Below are positions 1 to 11,316 of a DNA stretch of 64,000 nucleotides, one piece after another. A program made the position numbers and the translations under genes. Numbering within the stretch: the first letter of the stretch is position 1; the number at the start of each line of letters is the position of its first letter. This DNA is from Octopus vulgaris. Its lineage: Eukaryota. The notes beneath the pieces are model-generated. The model was given only the letters and a program-made list of their open reading frames with translations. It was not told the DNA's origin and searched no databases. Location of the stretch: contig OX597829.1 in NCBI GenBank assembly GCA_951406725.2, forward strand, positions 37,324,001 through 37,388,000, written 5' to 3'.

Positions 1-49
1 CATACAGAAACACACACACAGACAAACTGCCGTTTATATATATAGAGAT
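1..49 (+). mobile_element. Probable 3' terminus of a Helentron/DINE-1-like non-autonomous element
   Basis: (CA)n microsatellite followed by a ...tttatatatatagagat ending; the same layout recurs at 3140-3232. Family recalled from memory. Confidence 0.35.
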
Positions 50-321
50 TTTGACCAATACATCTGTTATTTAGACAGGGTATAATTCGGCTGTTTTTTC
101 CCAGCAGGCTTGATGACTACTGAGAGAGAGAGCATCTTGTTGCTCATATATTTCATTTATAGTTGTGAGAGAAATGTTGTTTTTCTTAAACCTTGACTGA
201 TGTGAAATGGTAGCTGGGAACTAAAACATGGACTCAAATACGATATACTGCCTGTAGAATGATGGCAGCCACTGCTGTAAAGACATGGAAATCTTTTACT
301 AGTTTGACTTTGTTTCAGTGA

Positions 322-630
322 CAGCATTGCTGAGTAGTTTGAGTTGTGGTTCATGTCCCAACCAAGTAGCTTCGTTTGATTCCATTGCTTATCAGCTGGG
401 ACAAGTGCTTTCTGCCATAGTCTTGAGTTAATCAAGGACCTATGTAAATCTTGGTTAATGGAAAGTGTGGGAGCCTGTCTACAGGCAAAAGTAGCATATA
501 TTAGAACTCGTTCTTCCCCAATGTTTTTCCTTCTTAGCTAGAAAGCTATCATCCGTGACAATCCAACTATAAAACATTCAGAAAAACCATCCAATTCCTG
601 CTGGCATAGAAAGAGGAATATAAAACAATG
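322..630 (+). mobile_element. Old degenerate tRNA-derived SINE (family A)
   Basis: Degenerate match to the head of the family at 6420-6748 (gtttgattccattgc...gggacaagtgctttctgccatagtc) and to the tail motif ccatccaattcctgctggcatagaaa. Confidence 0.4.
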
Positions 631-858
631 AAAGTATATTCTAAATGAATTTTCTTCCTAGTGTCGAGGTATTGAGGTTTCTTTGTTGGCGCATATCCTT
701 TTGCTTATAAAGGATTATGAAGAGAGTATTTGATGGTAGAGAAAGGAACTAGATAGCTTTTTACACTTCAAACTAACACACTTGATTCTGCTTACAACTA
801 CTGCCACTATTCTTGCATATCATACTTTTTGTACTGAGCATTTGACTTAATCTGCCTC

Positions 859-861
<3 letters not shown>

Positions 862-908
<47 letters not shown>
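862..908. repeat. (AT)n microsatellite followed by (TG)n
   Basis: Directly visible. Confidence 0.95.
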
Positions 909-909
<1 letters not shown>

Positions 910-1314
910 ATTTTCATCCTTTCAATCATTCAAACTGAACATTTTCTTTTCCCCAATGGCCCTGTCAACTACATTGTTCCATCATGTCACCTTAGGTCAA
1001 GAGGGGACTTTGCACCAGCCACAGATCTGGCTAGTAGCCCTCAACAGATTGTCCTGCAGAAACCTCCAGTTGTCCTACACATTGTGATGCTATATCCTCT
1101 TTTTTGTCAAAAGCTTCAAGTAATACATCTGTCCAGTCAGTGTGTAGCAAAAATATTTTCTGTTAAATATAATGTATGTATGGTTATTTCAAATGGAAAT
1201 TTGTAACTTTTTTTTTCCTCTTTATTCCTTTAAGAGGACTTCTGTGTGGTCACACAGGTTTTGTAGAAATACCACACACCAGTGTGATCTATGGAATACT
1301 AGCATTAATACCTA

Positions 1315-1530
1315 TTTCTTTATTACCCACAAGGGGACAAACAAGGACAGACATAGGTATTAAGTCGATTACATCGACCCCAGTGTGTAACAGGTACTTA
1401 ATTTATTGACCCCGAAAGGATGAAAGGCAAAGTCGACCTCGGCAGAATTTGAACTCAGAACGTAAAGGCAGACGAAATACCGCTAAGCATTTCGCCCGGC
1501 GTGCTAACGATTCTGCCAGCTTGCCACCTT
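1315..1530 (-). mobile_element. tRNA-derived SINE (family B)
   Basis: Minus strand reads aaggtggcaagcTGGCAGAATCGTTagcac...GAGTTCAAATTC (Pol III A and B boxes), then ggtcgactttgcctttcatcctttcggggtc, a central motif typical of metazoan SINEs. Confidence 0.8.
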
Positions 1531-1754
1531 AATAGCAGTAATACCTGTCATTGATTGGGTAATTACTTTTACTCTTTCTCGGGGGGCCACATTCAAATTA
1601 TATAGATTTCCTCCTCTTGTATGTGTGTATTTTATAAGACAAAAACAATAATTGAAGCAGGAAAAGATCAGTTTCATACATGAATTTGTTTATTATATGA
1701 CAATGAGTTGTATGTGTTATTTAATATACCAATACAGTAATGGCAATTATATAA

Positions 1755-1875
1755 TACACGAGGCTTTGGTCGGCACGGAGCTGTAATGAAAGAATTGCCC
1801 AACATGTCACACAGTGAGACTGAACCCAAGACGACATGGTTGGAAAGCAAGCTTCTCAACCTCACTGCCACACCT
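1755..1875 (-). mobile_element. SINE family A head fragment
   Basis: Similar to 6620-6748 (gactgaaccc...catggttggaaagcaagcttct). Confidence 0.65.
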
Positions 1876-1993
1876 ATAAAGGAGATACATTTTGAATAAT
1901 ATACTCCTTGGTACAATATTCTTATTCTTAACAGTGAGATGACCTTTTGATTTTAATTTTTATTTGAGCAACACAACTAACAATGCTACACCA

Positions 1994-2260
1994 TACAGGG
2001 TGTTCCAGAATTAACTGTTTCAATGAAATTGAGCAAATTTTAAAACTGACAGAATTTTGTTTATTACCAAAACAGATTTATAAATCTTACATCAAACTGT
2101 TATTGAAAATTTTCAACATGTCTGTATCCCTGCATACTTGAAATCTCTCCTTAGCATTGTGAAACATATTTTGAAGCATTTCAGGAGTTAGCTCCTGGAC
2201 TGCTAACTGAATGTGTTCTTTATGCTCAGCTGAATGATTGTTCCATCTTTGGGATGGAGG
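1994..2260 (-). mobile_element. Tc1/mariner remnant (transposase C-terminus plus TIR)
   Basis: TA-CAGGGTG terminus at 1994; minus-strand peptide KEHIQLAVQELTPEMLQNMFHNAKERFQVC resembles mariner-type transposase C-termini. Confidence 0.55.
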
Positions 2261-3139
2261 GTAAAGAAAATGATTGCTGCCAAATTGAAAAAAAGCTGTT
2301 GTGGACAAATAAGGTGTCCAACAGGAATGAAAATAATATTTTTTAAATTCAAATTTATACACTTTTAACACACATAAAACATGATAAACACACATAGAAG
2401 TGAGTTTTAAAACAATGCATCTGAATTCACTCAAATCCTCGTTAATTCTGTATTTACTCATCCGACAAAACGAGGGAGGGAACACAGGAGGTGGGGGGGG
2501 GGGCTAATTGCAGGTGGCAAGCGTAGCTTCCAGAAGTGGTCAATCAATCAAACTCAGATAGCTGTGAGTCACAACAGCAAATATTTTTGTATGAACATTT
2601 TGCATTATATAGTTCTGACATGGATGACATGCTGCATTGCACAGGATTGGTTAACGTGAAACATCAACAGGGTACTTTTGGAGAGTGGATGAATGGGTTT
2701 GTTGTGCTTTTACCCAACCACACCACACATGCACATGGCTTGGTGGTGTGCGGATGGTAACATGAAGCATCAACAGGGTACTGACAAAAATTTTAATGTT
2801 CTCATTTCTTCAGCCAAATTGGATGGAAAGGTTTTCATGAAATATTATATGCTGCTTATAATACATAAGTAGTGTCAATATTTTATTATCAGAAAATGGT
2901 CTAAAACAAAGATAAAACCCAGTGCAGTATACTCAAATCTGATTAATCTGCATTTGGGTGGGTGGGGGGCATACATAGGTGGCATTTGAATTTTTTTTAG
3001 TCAACAGCAATTCAAGGAGCCTGATTAATGTTTGTTGCAAATTTGGAAGAAGCAACTGGATACTCTAGTTGTAGGCCTTAATGTTGCGAAAATGCTTTAA
3101 AAAAATGCAGTTTATCTGCCCCATGTTTTATGGACCCCA

Positions 3140-3232
3140 TGTAATGCATGTGTAAAATTTCATTAAAATCAGTTGGGTGGATCTCAAGTTTTGACATGAC
3201 ACACACACACACACACCTGTTTTATATAGATA
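3140..3232 (+). mobile_element. Probable Helentron/DINE-1-like 3' end
   Basis: gtgtaaaatttcattaaaatcagttgggtgg...(CA)n...ttttatatagat layout. Confidence 0.4.
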
Positions 3233-3534
3233 TCCTCCATCAATTGTGACGGTGCACATTTAAAATAATAAAACCGTTGTATACAGTGCTCAGGTAAAAT
3301 ATAACTCATCAAAGAAGGTAGCCAATAGTGCATGTATAGTACATAAAATAAAATAATGCACTGACAAAGTGAACAGTGAATGTGTCATCAAAAAAAAAGT
3401 ATTAAGGTGTTTTATCACTTGGATTGTCTTTGTGGCTGAGTATTCCACACATGCTACTTCTAAAATTGAATCAATACAGAAACTGTAGTTGATCCTTTTG
3501 AATTACAGATTCAATCCCTCTGATGAGCTTAAAT

Positions 3535-3642
3535 GCTCTCTCTCTGTCTCTCTTTTTCTCTCTCTCTGCCTCTCTTTCTCTTTCTATCTCACTCTCTGTC
3601 TCTCTCTCTTTCTGTCACTGTCTCTCTCTCTCACTGCCTCTC

Positions 3643-3699
<57 letters not shown>

Positions 3700-3702
3700 G
3701 CT
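3535..3702. repeat. (CT)n/(CTGT)n compound microsatellite
   Basis: Directly visible; explains the low-complexity ORFs at 3489-3844. Confidence 0.95.
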
Positions 3703-4784
3703 TCTGCTTACACAATTTCTTTCACAAGGTTTCATTCAATGTCATTGTACGGGGGGGGGGGGGGAAACTTGTTCAAAAAGCAAAGTAGTGGTATTGAACC
3801 CAAGATCTCAGGACCGTAAAATGAACTTAACCGCTCATGGGTGAAGGAAGAATGAGTATGTACTTCCTTCCTATCCCTTTACTGTGCGGTTGTTGGGGCA
3901 TTGGTTGATGATGTCACCAATGCAAGATGTTATCCACAACCATATTCCTCTTCCTGAGACATGTCTTGGACTTGAACACCTGAGAGTTGTCCTAAGCGGG
4001 TTCCTCTGTCCTAGCCAATGACTCCTTGGGAAGACTTACCCAGAATCTTGCTTATTGATGTGTTAACACCATCTCCTCACCAACTGAAGTGGGGTACCAG
4101 AGTGTTGCACTCTGAGCCATCGAGTGAGAGATTAAGAGTTGAGTGAGAACTGGTGATGCCAGTCCACCTGACCATCCCTGGCAAGGTGCACATGCCAGAC
4201 ATCAAACGTACTATCTCTATATAGAGCCACAATGAATTCTTATAAATATATAAAAATTGTTGCAGATACATTAATGTAGTTAGCAATATACTTTGAAAAG
4301 ATGGGGTTGTCATGGCTGGAATGCCTTTTAATCATATCGTTTCAAGCACTGCTGACCTAGAACTAAATAATTCCTTCATCCTTGATGGTACCGAACTGTC
4401 CCATTCGTCCATCCACCTCTGTTCAGTCTTTTATCTACCACTCACCTCTTGTCTCTGGCTGACACCAGATTAAAAAAAGAATGAAAAATTTCTGATTAAC
4501 TGATACTCAGTTAAGCATAGTAGGTCATCAGCAGATTGGCAGCTGTGCTAGAGTTGAATTAAATGCGTAAATAAAATAGATAAGATAAAACGTAAAATTT
4601 TAGAAATAAGATAACCAACACTTTACTATCTTCAAGTGATTAGTGTCCAATTTCCATCATAACCTTTCTCTCTCTCTGTTAACTACACCCTCTCAAGTTT
4701 TATTAAACAGCCTTGCTGAAATAGGTACTTAACATATCAAATGAATCACACATCTATAATTGCTTCATTATATATTTAAGACAT

Positions 4785-5010
4785 TTATCTTTCACTTTTG
4801 TCAGTGATTGTACTGCAGCCATGCTAGGTGCAATCTTGAAGGGTTTAATCAGAGAAGTTGACCCCAGTACTTGATTTTTTTTTTAAGGTCTGGTACGGGT
4901 TCCTTTTGCAAAACTAAGTTATGGCAATGTAAACAAACCAACACTGGTTGTCAGGTAGGACATCTACACACACACACACAATGGGCTTCATTCAGTTTGT
5001 CTACCAGATC
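4785..5010 (-). mobile_element. SINE family A body fragment
   Basis: actgcagccatgcta...gaccccagtact...gggcttcattcagttt matches 6448-6610. Confidence 0.65.
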
Positions 5011-5318
5011 TGTTCACTACTATATATGGAGCATCATTGAGAAAATTATCAATGGTCACCCCCATAGTACCAAAGATTTTTGAAAGCTGCCATACTTTGA
5101 GTCATATCCAATATGAACAAGGACGACTTAATCTGAACTTGCAAATGATTTCGACACCGCGTAGAGACAGTTATTGATGTTTATGGTGGTTTTATTGAAT
5201 GAAATTATTAAATTGATAATTTGGTTTTACGTTTATTTTTATTAAAAAATTTTTTTTTATTATACAAGTTTTTTTTTAAACCATAAATCTATCCTCAAAT
5301 ATTGTCTGCACCTTTGTA
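5005..5318 (+). mobile_element. Tc1/mariner (maT/DD37D-like) transposase 3' remnant with TIR
   Basis: YYIWSIIEKIINGHPHSTKDF...FRHRVETVIDVYGGFIE* is typical of this transposase C-terminus; ends in a cacctttgTA terminus. A short partial duplicate lies at ~5665-5725. Confidence 0.7.
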
Positions 5319-5823
5319 TGTTTGTATATGTGTGCATATATGTGCATGTGTGTGTCATTTAATGCCCATGTTCCATGCTAGCATGGGTGGGGTGGTACAA
5401 GTCAGCCTGGCCCAAGCCTGCACCAGTGACTGTTTTGGCAGGATTTTTACAGCTGCATGCCCTTCCTAACACCAACCACTCGGCAGAGTGTATATGTGTG
5501 TGTATATATTATATATATTTAAGTCATATTCTGAATTCTTCAATCATACCTTAATTTGATCAAGGCTAACCTACAAGCTAAGCAATTAGTTTCAAGACAA
5601 GCTAAAGTGATAGCCTTCTGTACTGGAAATAGCAACCAGATTCCCCATAAATGACACCCTTTTATAAACATGAGCAAGGACCACTTAATCTGAGCTTGTA
5701 AATGATTTTGACCCAGTGTAGAACAGATTTATTTCTGTTGTCTTCAGTACACTGTATACCTAAAATAAGTTGAGATACACATTATTTACGTTTGACGGAT
5801 ATTTGTCCTCATCCTGTTTAACG

Positions 5824-6204
5824 TTTCCTATCCTTCCTTAATACCAGTTCCCATATGCTACTCATATCTGCACTCAGTCTGCTTAGGAGGTTATTATGTC
5901 CTAGCATTTGTGCTGCCTCTTTTAGTTTTTGTATATTCCAATTGTGTTCTGTCTCTTATTTTAACTTCATCCCACAGAGGGAGGTGGTCTCCATTTTTTC
6001 CGTACATGATCAGCTATTCCCAATTTATCAATATCTCCTTTTAACTTCATCCCCCTGTGGGATAAAGTTAAAATAATAGAGGACACCACTGGAAAATACA
6101 GAAACTAAAAGCCAGCAAATATGCTAGAAGACAACAACCTCTTAAGCAGGCCAAGTGCAGATAAGAGTAGCATATGGGAACTGGTATTAAAGAAAGATAG
6201 GAAA
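5824..6204. repeat. Imperfect inverted repeat (~150 bp arms, ~75 bp loop)
   Basis: 5824-5977 is the imperfect reverse complement of 6055-6204 (taataccagttcccatatgctactc versus gagtagcatatgggaactggtatta). Confidence 0.85.
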
Positions 6205-6419
6205 ATATTAGATTTATAAGCCCTAAAATTGACTCCATAATTGCCTACAGGCATATGGTGTAGTGGTTGAGCACAAGCTACTAACCTCAAGATTCCAAGT
6301 TTGATTCCAGGCAGTGACTTGAATAATAAGTTGAGATGGTCATACATAGTTGGAATGCTTTTGAGCTTCAAACTTTAGTTGGCTGCAAATTTGAACAATT
6401 AGTATTAAAAGCAGATTCT

Positions 6420-6748
6420 ATTCTTTTATCCCTTTGTTTGTCATTTGACTGCAGCCATGCTGGAGCACTGCCTTTAGTCGAGCAAACTGACCCCAGGATT
6501 TATTCCTTGTAAGCCTAATACTTATTCTAGTGGTCTGTTTTGCCGAACAGCTAAGTTACAGGGACGTAAACACACATATATACACGATGGGTTTCTTTCA
6601 ATTTCCGCCTGCCAAATCCACTCACAAGGCTTTGGTCAGCTCAAGGCTATAGTAAAAGCTACTTGCCCAAGGTGCCATGTCGTGGGACTGAACCTGGAAC
6701 CATGTGGCTGGTAAGCAAGCTACTTGTCACACAGCCACTCCTGCGCCT
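6420..6748 (-). mobile_element. tRNA-derived SINE (family A; octopus OR/CORE-like)
   Basis: Minus strand begins aggcgcaggagtggctgtgtg (A box), has ggttcagtcc (B box), then a CORE-like ggcaccttgggcaagt motif; many copies in the window. Confidence 0.8.
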
Positions 6749-6773
6749 GTGTAATTTAATTCCAGAGGATTAT

Positions 6774-6991
6774 CCCTTTTGTTATCATATTTCTGTTGAG
6801 ATGCTGTGTTTCTTTCAGTTACTTTAAATATAACAAAGAATTTAGTAAAATAACTTAGTCATCATTAAGCTAGTGTTAGGAACATAAATTGTGACTAAGG
6901 TTTGGTGGAGGATTTTAATTCAAAACTTATGAAAACAAGACATTTATACTCAGAGCCAGAACCGGTTTCAGCCAGATTGGTAATGAAAGGG
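6774..6991. mobile_element. piggyBac-type MITE (family 2)
   Basis: ttat-CCCTTTTGTTATC ... GGTAATGAAAGGG-ttaa termini; a relative lies at 58505-58701. Confidence 0.65.
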
Positions 6992-7339
6992 TTAAAGACA
7001 AAAGCAACATTGATAGGATTTCACGACAAAAGTATGAAGTGAAATATAAAGCATTGTAAAATGAAGGAATGGTATACTGAATGCTACAGGCAAAATCCTA
7101 GCAGCAGATGTTTGAATCTTATGAGAAGGGGGAGATAATTTCTAGGAATCAATAAATTTTTCAAGTTAATTTACATGATTAGGGGAAGGATAGTGTGAGT
7201 GTTTGCAGAAAAGGGGACGAATTTGATCTCTCTGACCTTGTCAACATTGTGCAGATTTTATGTAGATTTTTTTTTATAACATTTTCTTTATTTCTTATTT
7301 AGTATATTTAAATATGCTATTTTTTAAATTTAGGTCAAG

Positions 7340-7838
7340 ATGGAAGGGTTCCATAAACTCCATGATGACTTGGAGAAGGTTATCGAGAAGGAAGATTCCA
7401 ACAGTTCAGTCACTACGGATTCTGATGAAACCAAACAAGAATTCCGCACAATCCGTGAACGGGTCATCCACTTGATTAACACCAATATATTCCAAATTGG
7501 AATTATCTGCCTTGTCTTTCTTGATTGTCTACTGGTAATTTCTGAACTTCTGCTAGACCTTCAAATACTTCAGGTACATGATTATGACAAAATGGCTGTT
7601 GCTTTCATCTTGCGCTATGCTAGCTTAGCTATTTTGGGCATATTCTTGCTGGAAATTGCTCTTCGGTTATATGCATTGAGACTTGACTTCTTCAGGCATA
7701 AGATGGAAATGTTTGATGCAGTTGTCGTTATAGCTTCGTTTGTATTGGATATTGTATTCAGACAGCATGACGGACCTGAGAATGGTGTGGGTCTTTTAAT
7801 TGTGCTTAGATTATGGAGAATGACAAGAATCCTGAATG
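7340..7838 (+). CDS. HVCN1: Voltage-gated proton channel Hv1, first visible coding exon (N-terminus and S1-S4)
   Basis: S1 FQIGIICLVFLDCLLVISELLLDL with selectivity Asp62, S3 FDAVVVIASFVLDIV, and S4 LRLWRMTRILNG (Hv signature RxWRxxRxxN). Acceptor tttag at 7333 just upstream of the ATG; donor GTAAGT at 7839 (phase 1). Confidence 0.95.
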
Positions 7839-7883
7839 GTAAGTTTTATTTTACGTTTGTTAAAAAAAAAAAAACCTTAATAC

Positions 7884-8200
7884 ATCACCATCATCCAGTG
7901 TTTTAAATCTGGGGTTTGTCCCCATTAACAAGGGTGGCCAGATCTACCTCAGTGCCATAGCAACTGCCCTCACATCACCTCGCCCAGTTGTTGGCATCCT
8001 TTTTCAAACCAGCCCTCCCAATCTCCTCCTCCACCTGTCCCCCCCCCCCATCTTTTCCTCAGTCTATCTCACTTTCGCAATCAAATGCAATCACTTTCCT
8101 CAGAACATGCTCTTCATCCCTCCTCAACACATGTCCATACCACCTCACTCCATTTGCTCTTGCCAACCATTCCATCAATTCTTCCAACCCTAATAGCACC
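7884..8200 (-). mobile_element. 5'-truncated RTE-clade LINE fragment in the Hv1 intron
   Basis: Minus-strand peptide LARANGVRWYGHVLRRDEEHVLRK matches the RTE ORF2 C-terminus; (GAT/GGT)n-like tail at ~7884-7895. Confidence 0.75.
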
Positions 8201-9724
8201 AAATAAGAATGTAAATTCATGCCGGAAAATAAAGAAAATTTAATGATTTATAAAAACACATTCTACCATATGTAGATGACCTCAAGAATTTCAAAGGTTT
8301 CAGTTGCATTTGAGATGTTAGAGAATTAAATTTGGTCAGACAGGAATTTAAAACTTTGGCATGCTATGTATCTGTAATGATTCTTGCTATACTTGTATGC
8401 AGATAAGTCATTTTATCAACAAATGAAGACAGATTTCACCAGAAGGGTTTAAGATGTATGTTATACATCAGTACACTGAAATATTGAAAAAGGCAGGTTG
8501 TCTCGGTATACCATATATGCTGAGTTAGTCTTGTCATCTGTCTTATTGAGTAGGAGGAAGAGATTGATATAGGGGAATTCATCCAAAAGTCAATGAAAAC
8601 ACAGTACCAAAACTGTTGAAAGAAATTCATGCATATGGTAACATTTTGTGAGGCCATATTTCATGAATGATGGTAATCTTGTAAAAAAAATTAAAAGAAT
8701 AAAACAAGGAAAGCCTACAGGAGACAGCTGTTGCTGTTAAATAACGGGGAAAAAAAAACTGCCACATGAGCCAGATTTAAGGATCTTGGCTTTTGGTTGT
8801 TATGTTCCTCAATTACAAGAGATTGTGTGATTTTGGTACACAAAGATTGTGTGATTTTAGTACACAAGGAGGTTTCTAAAGTGATTAGTGAGAATTAGTT
8901 TGCAGAAAGCATCATCAGCGCAAACCAAGAAATATTTTGGAACATACAACATTAAGTCTTTGAACATCTGCACTGATTAAAAGTGAATGGTGGTCTCCAA
9001 GGTAAAATAGTCTACAATTTTGAGATTATAGTGATTGAAACATAATGCCAGAAAACTGCTGTATGTTGAAGCTCTGCATGATAGAGAGTCCAGAAATATT
9101 CCTGGGAAACCAACATGGGATGCTGGGATACATATACAGTTCCAATGATATCAGAGGTGGAGGACTTGTCTTTTATCTTTTAAAGTTATGCTAATCTACT
9201 GCTTGAGCTGAAAATTCATTTTTAGATTACTGCATAACGGTGAAGCTTCTGTTGATGTAAATATTGACCAAAAAAAAAAAAAATGAAGTAAATCAGATAG
9301 GTAGTCGTCTGAGGGCCCATGGAAAATGTTATCAAACTGGTTACAGGTATATGCCCATAATGAGAAAGTCAAATCTAATTAACAACTGCAGATATATAAA
9401 CTTAGAGTTCTGTTTAAAATACAAGGTTTTTTTGTTGTTTTTTTTTTAAACCTTGATTTGTTTTGATATTTTAAGTATGAAATTTATCTTTTCATTGTGT
9501 GGAGATGAATTATTTCTAGAACTACTTGAGTAGGGGTGCTTTCAAACCTTCAAAGCAAAAAACGATTTAATTTCTTAATTATAGTGATAATACCAACAAA
9601 GAAGCAACATTCTGTTTCTCTTTCTCAAACATGGTTGCCTCTCAGTATGTATGTGTATGATGGCCATAGAATGGTGACAGATTAGTCTCTCTCTCTCTCT
9701 TTCGGAGAGGCACCTACACACACA

Positions 9725-9885
9725 TACACGGCAGTAACTTCCGCCTGCCGAATTCAATCACAATGCTTCGGTCGGCTCGGGGCTATAGCAGAAGACACCT
9801 GCCCAAAGTGCCACACAGTGGGACTGAACCCGAAACCATATAGCTAGGAAGCAAGCTCCTTAACCACACAGCCATGCCTGCGCCT
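9725..9885 (-). mobile_element. SINE family A
   Basis: ggctatagcagaagacacctgcccaa...gggactgaacccg...cacacagccatgcctgcgcct matches 6640-6748. Confidence 0.8.
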
Positions 9886-10274
9886 GTTGTATCATATGCA
9901 TATCTAGTTCTATGCTGACATGTGTTGCACACTTTGACTGGATTCAGCAGATTGAAGTAACTGCATCATGTTCCAATAGCAGTATTTGGCATGGTTTCTA
10001 CAGCTGGGTACCCTTCCTAATGTCAATCACAAACTCAAAATTAAAAACAGTTTTGTTCCTTATTAAATACATAAGTCTGCTGATTGAGCAAGACTTTATT
10101 TACCATATTTGAATGGTTTACTAGATAGCAAAAGGCATCTGCCCAGCTGCAAACACAATTGTTTTGATACTTGTGCTACACCACCATGCTAGCATGAGGA
10201 GAGGAAATAAACAGGTGCAAGACATTGAAAAAAAATTCAGGTACAAGAGTCTGAAGATTGCATTGTTTGTTTGT

Positions 10275-10280
<6 letters not shown>

Positions 10281-10334
<54 letters not shown>

Positions 10335-10625
10335 TGAGTTCTTCTGTCTGTCTGTCTCTTTCTCTCTCTCCCCCCCACCCCCTCTCTCCCCACCCCTCTC
10401 TCTCCCCATCTCTCTCTCTTCTCCCCTCTCTCTCTTTCTCCCCCCTCTCTTTCTCCCCCTCTCTCTTTCTCCCCTCTCTCTTTCTCCCCCTCTCTTTCTC
10501 TCCCTCTCTCTTTTTCTCCCCTCTCCCTTTCTCTTTCTCCCTCTCTCTCTCTCCCTCTCCATCCCTCTCTTTCTCTCTCTCTTTCTGTCACTGTCTGTTT
10601 CTCTTTCTCTGTCTGTCTGTCTCTT

Positions 10626-10699
<74 letters not shown>

Positions 10700-10727
10700 C
10701 TTCATCTTTTTCAAATTCCTTTTGTTT
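10281..10727. repeat. (TA)n plus ~390 bp (CT)-rich polypyrimidine tract
   Basis: Directly visible; abuts the Hv1 acceptor AG at 10728-10729. Confidence 0.95.
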
Positions 10728-10729
10728 AG

Positions 10730-11316
10730 GTATTATTATGTCTGTGAAGAAACAAGCAGACAAGAAGCTGCAGCGAGAACGCCGTCTGCGTGAAGCCTGT
10801 GAACAGGAACTGTCCAAGTTCCGTGAATATTGCTCTGCTCAAGAAGGAGAAATAGAACTCTTGCAAGGACTCCTGCGAAAACACGGGATTACTGATGCCG
10901 ACAAACACGAACAGCCACCCTCAGTTAGTACCATCGCTGTCATTGCAGAAGTTAACCCAGTGGAACACCAGATTCTTAACAGCAACAACAATGGAAGTAA
11001 TATTTCCCAAAATTTGTCTAGTAATACAACTATAACAACAACAACAACAGCAGCAACAACAACATCAGCAACAGTTGCAACAACTATAACATCAACAACA
11101 ACAGCGACAACGACGACAACAACAGCAACAACAGCACCAAACATATTAATTAGCAGTATTTCTTCCACAGATAACGGCAGATCACCGTCAAGGACTTCAG
11201 TTTCAACATGTATACTAACACCAGCCATGACTACACCGCCTACTCCACCACACCCAATACAAACAACCACAACCCTTGATAAAACTGCCACAGCTAATTT
11301 CAGTCAAACTAAGTGA
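10730..11316 (+). CDS. HVCN1: Hv1 final coding exon (coiled coil plus Thr-rich tail)
   Basis: Acceptor tttgtttAG at 10729; phase-1 join G|GT gives ...RILNGIIMSVKKQ... (human RIINGIIISVKT, recalled). Coiled coil ends EIELLQGLLRKHG; stop TGA at 11314-11316. Spliced CDS is 1086 nt, 361 aa. Confidence 0.92.

Noticed and set aside
3505-3545. Possible hammerhead ribozyme core (CTGATGA)
   Set aside because: No GAAA after stem II and no convincing stems I and III.
6249-6330. tRNA gene
   Set aside because: A- and B-box-like motifs are present but there is no convincing cloverleaf; probably a decayed SINE head.
10121-10817. Long RE-rich and LS-rich ORFs (also 3489-3844)
   Set aside because: Translation artefacts of (CT)n/(TA)n microsatellites.
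10839-11291. 150 aa Val-rich minus-strand ORF
   Set aside because: Antisense shadow of the Hv1 (ACA)n Thr-rich tail.
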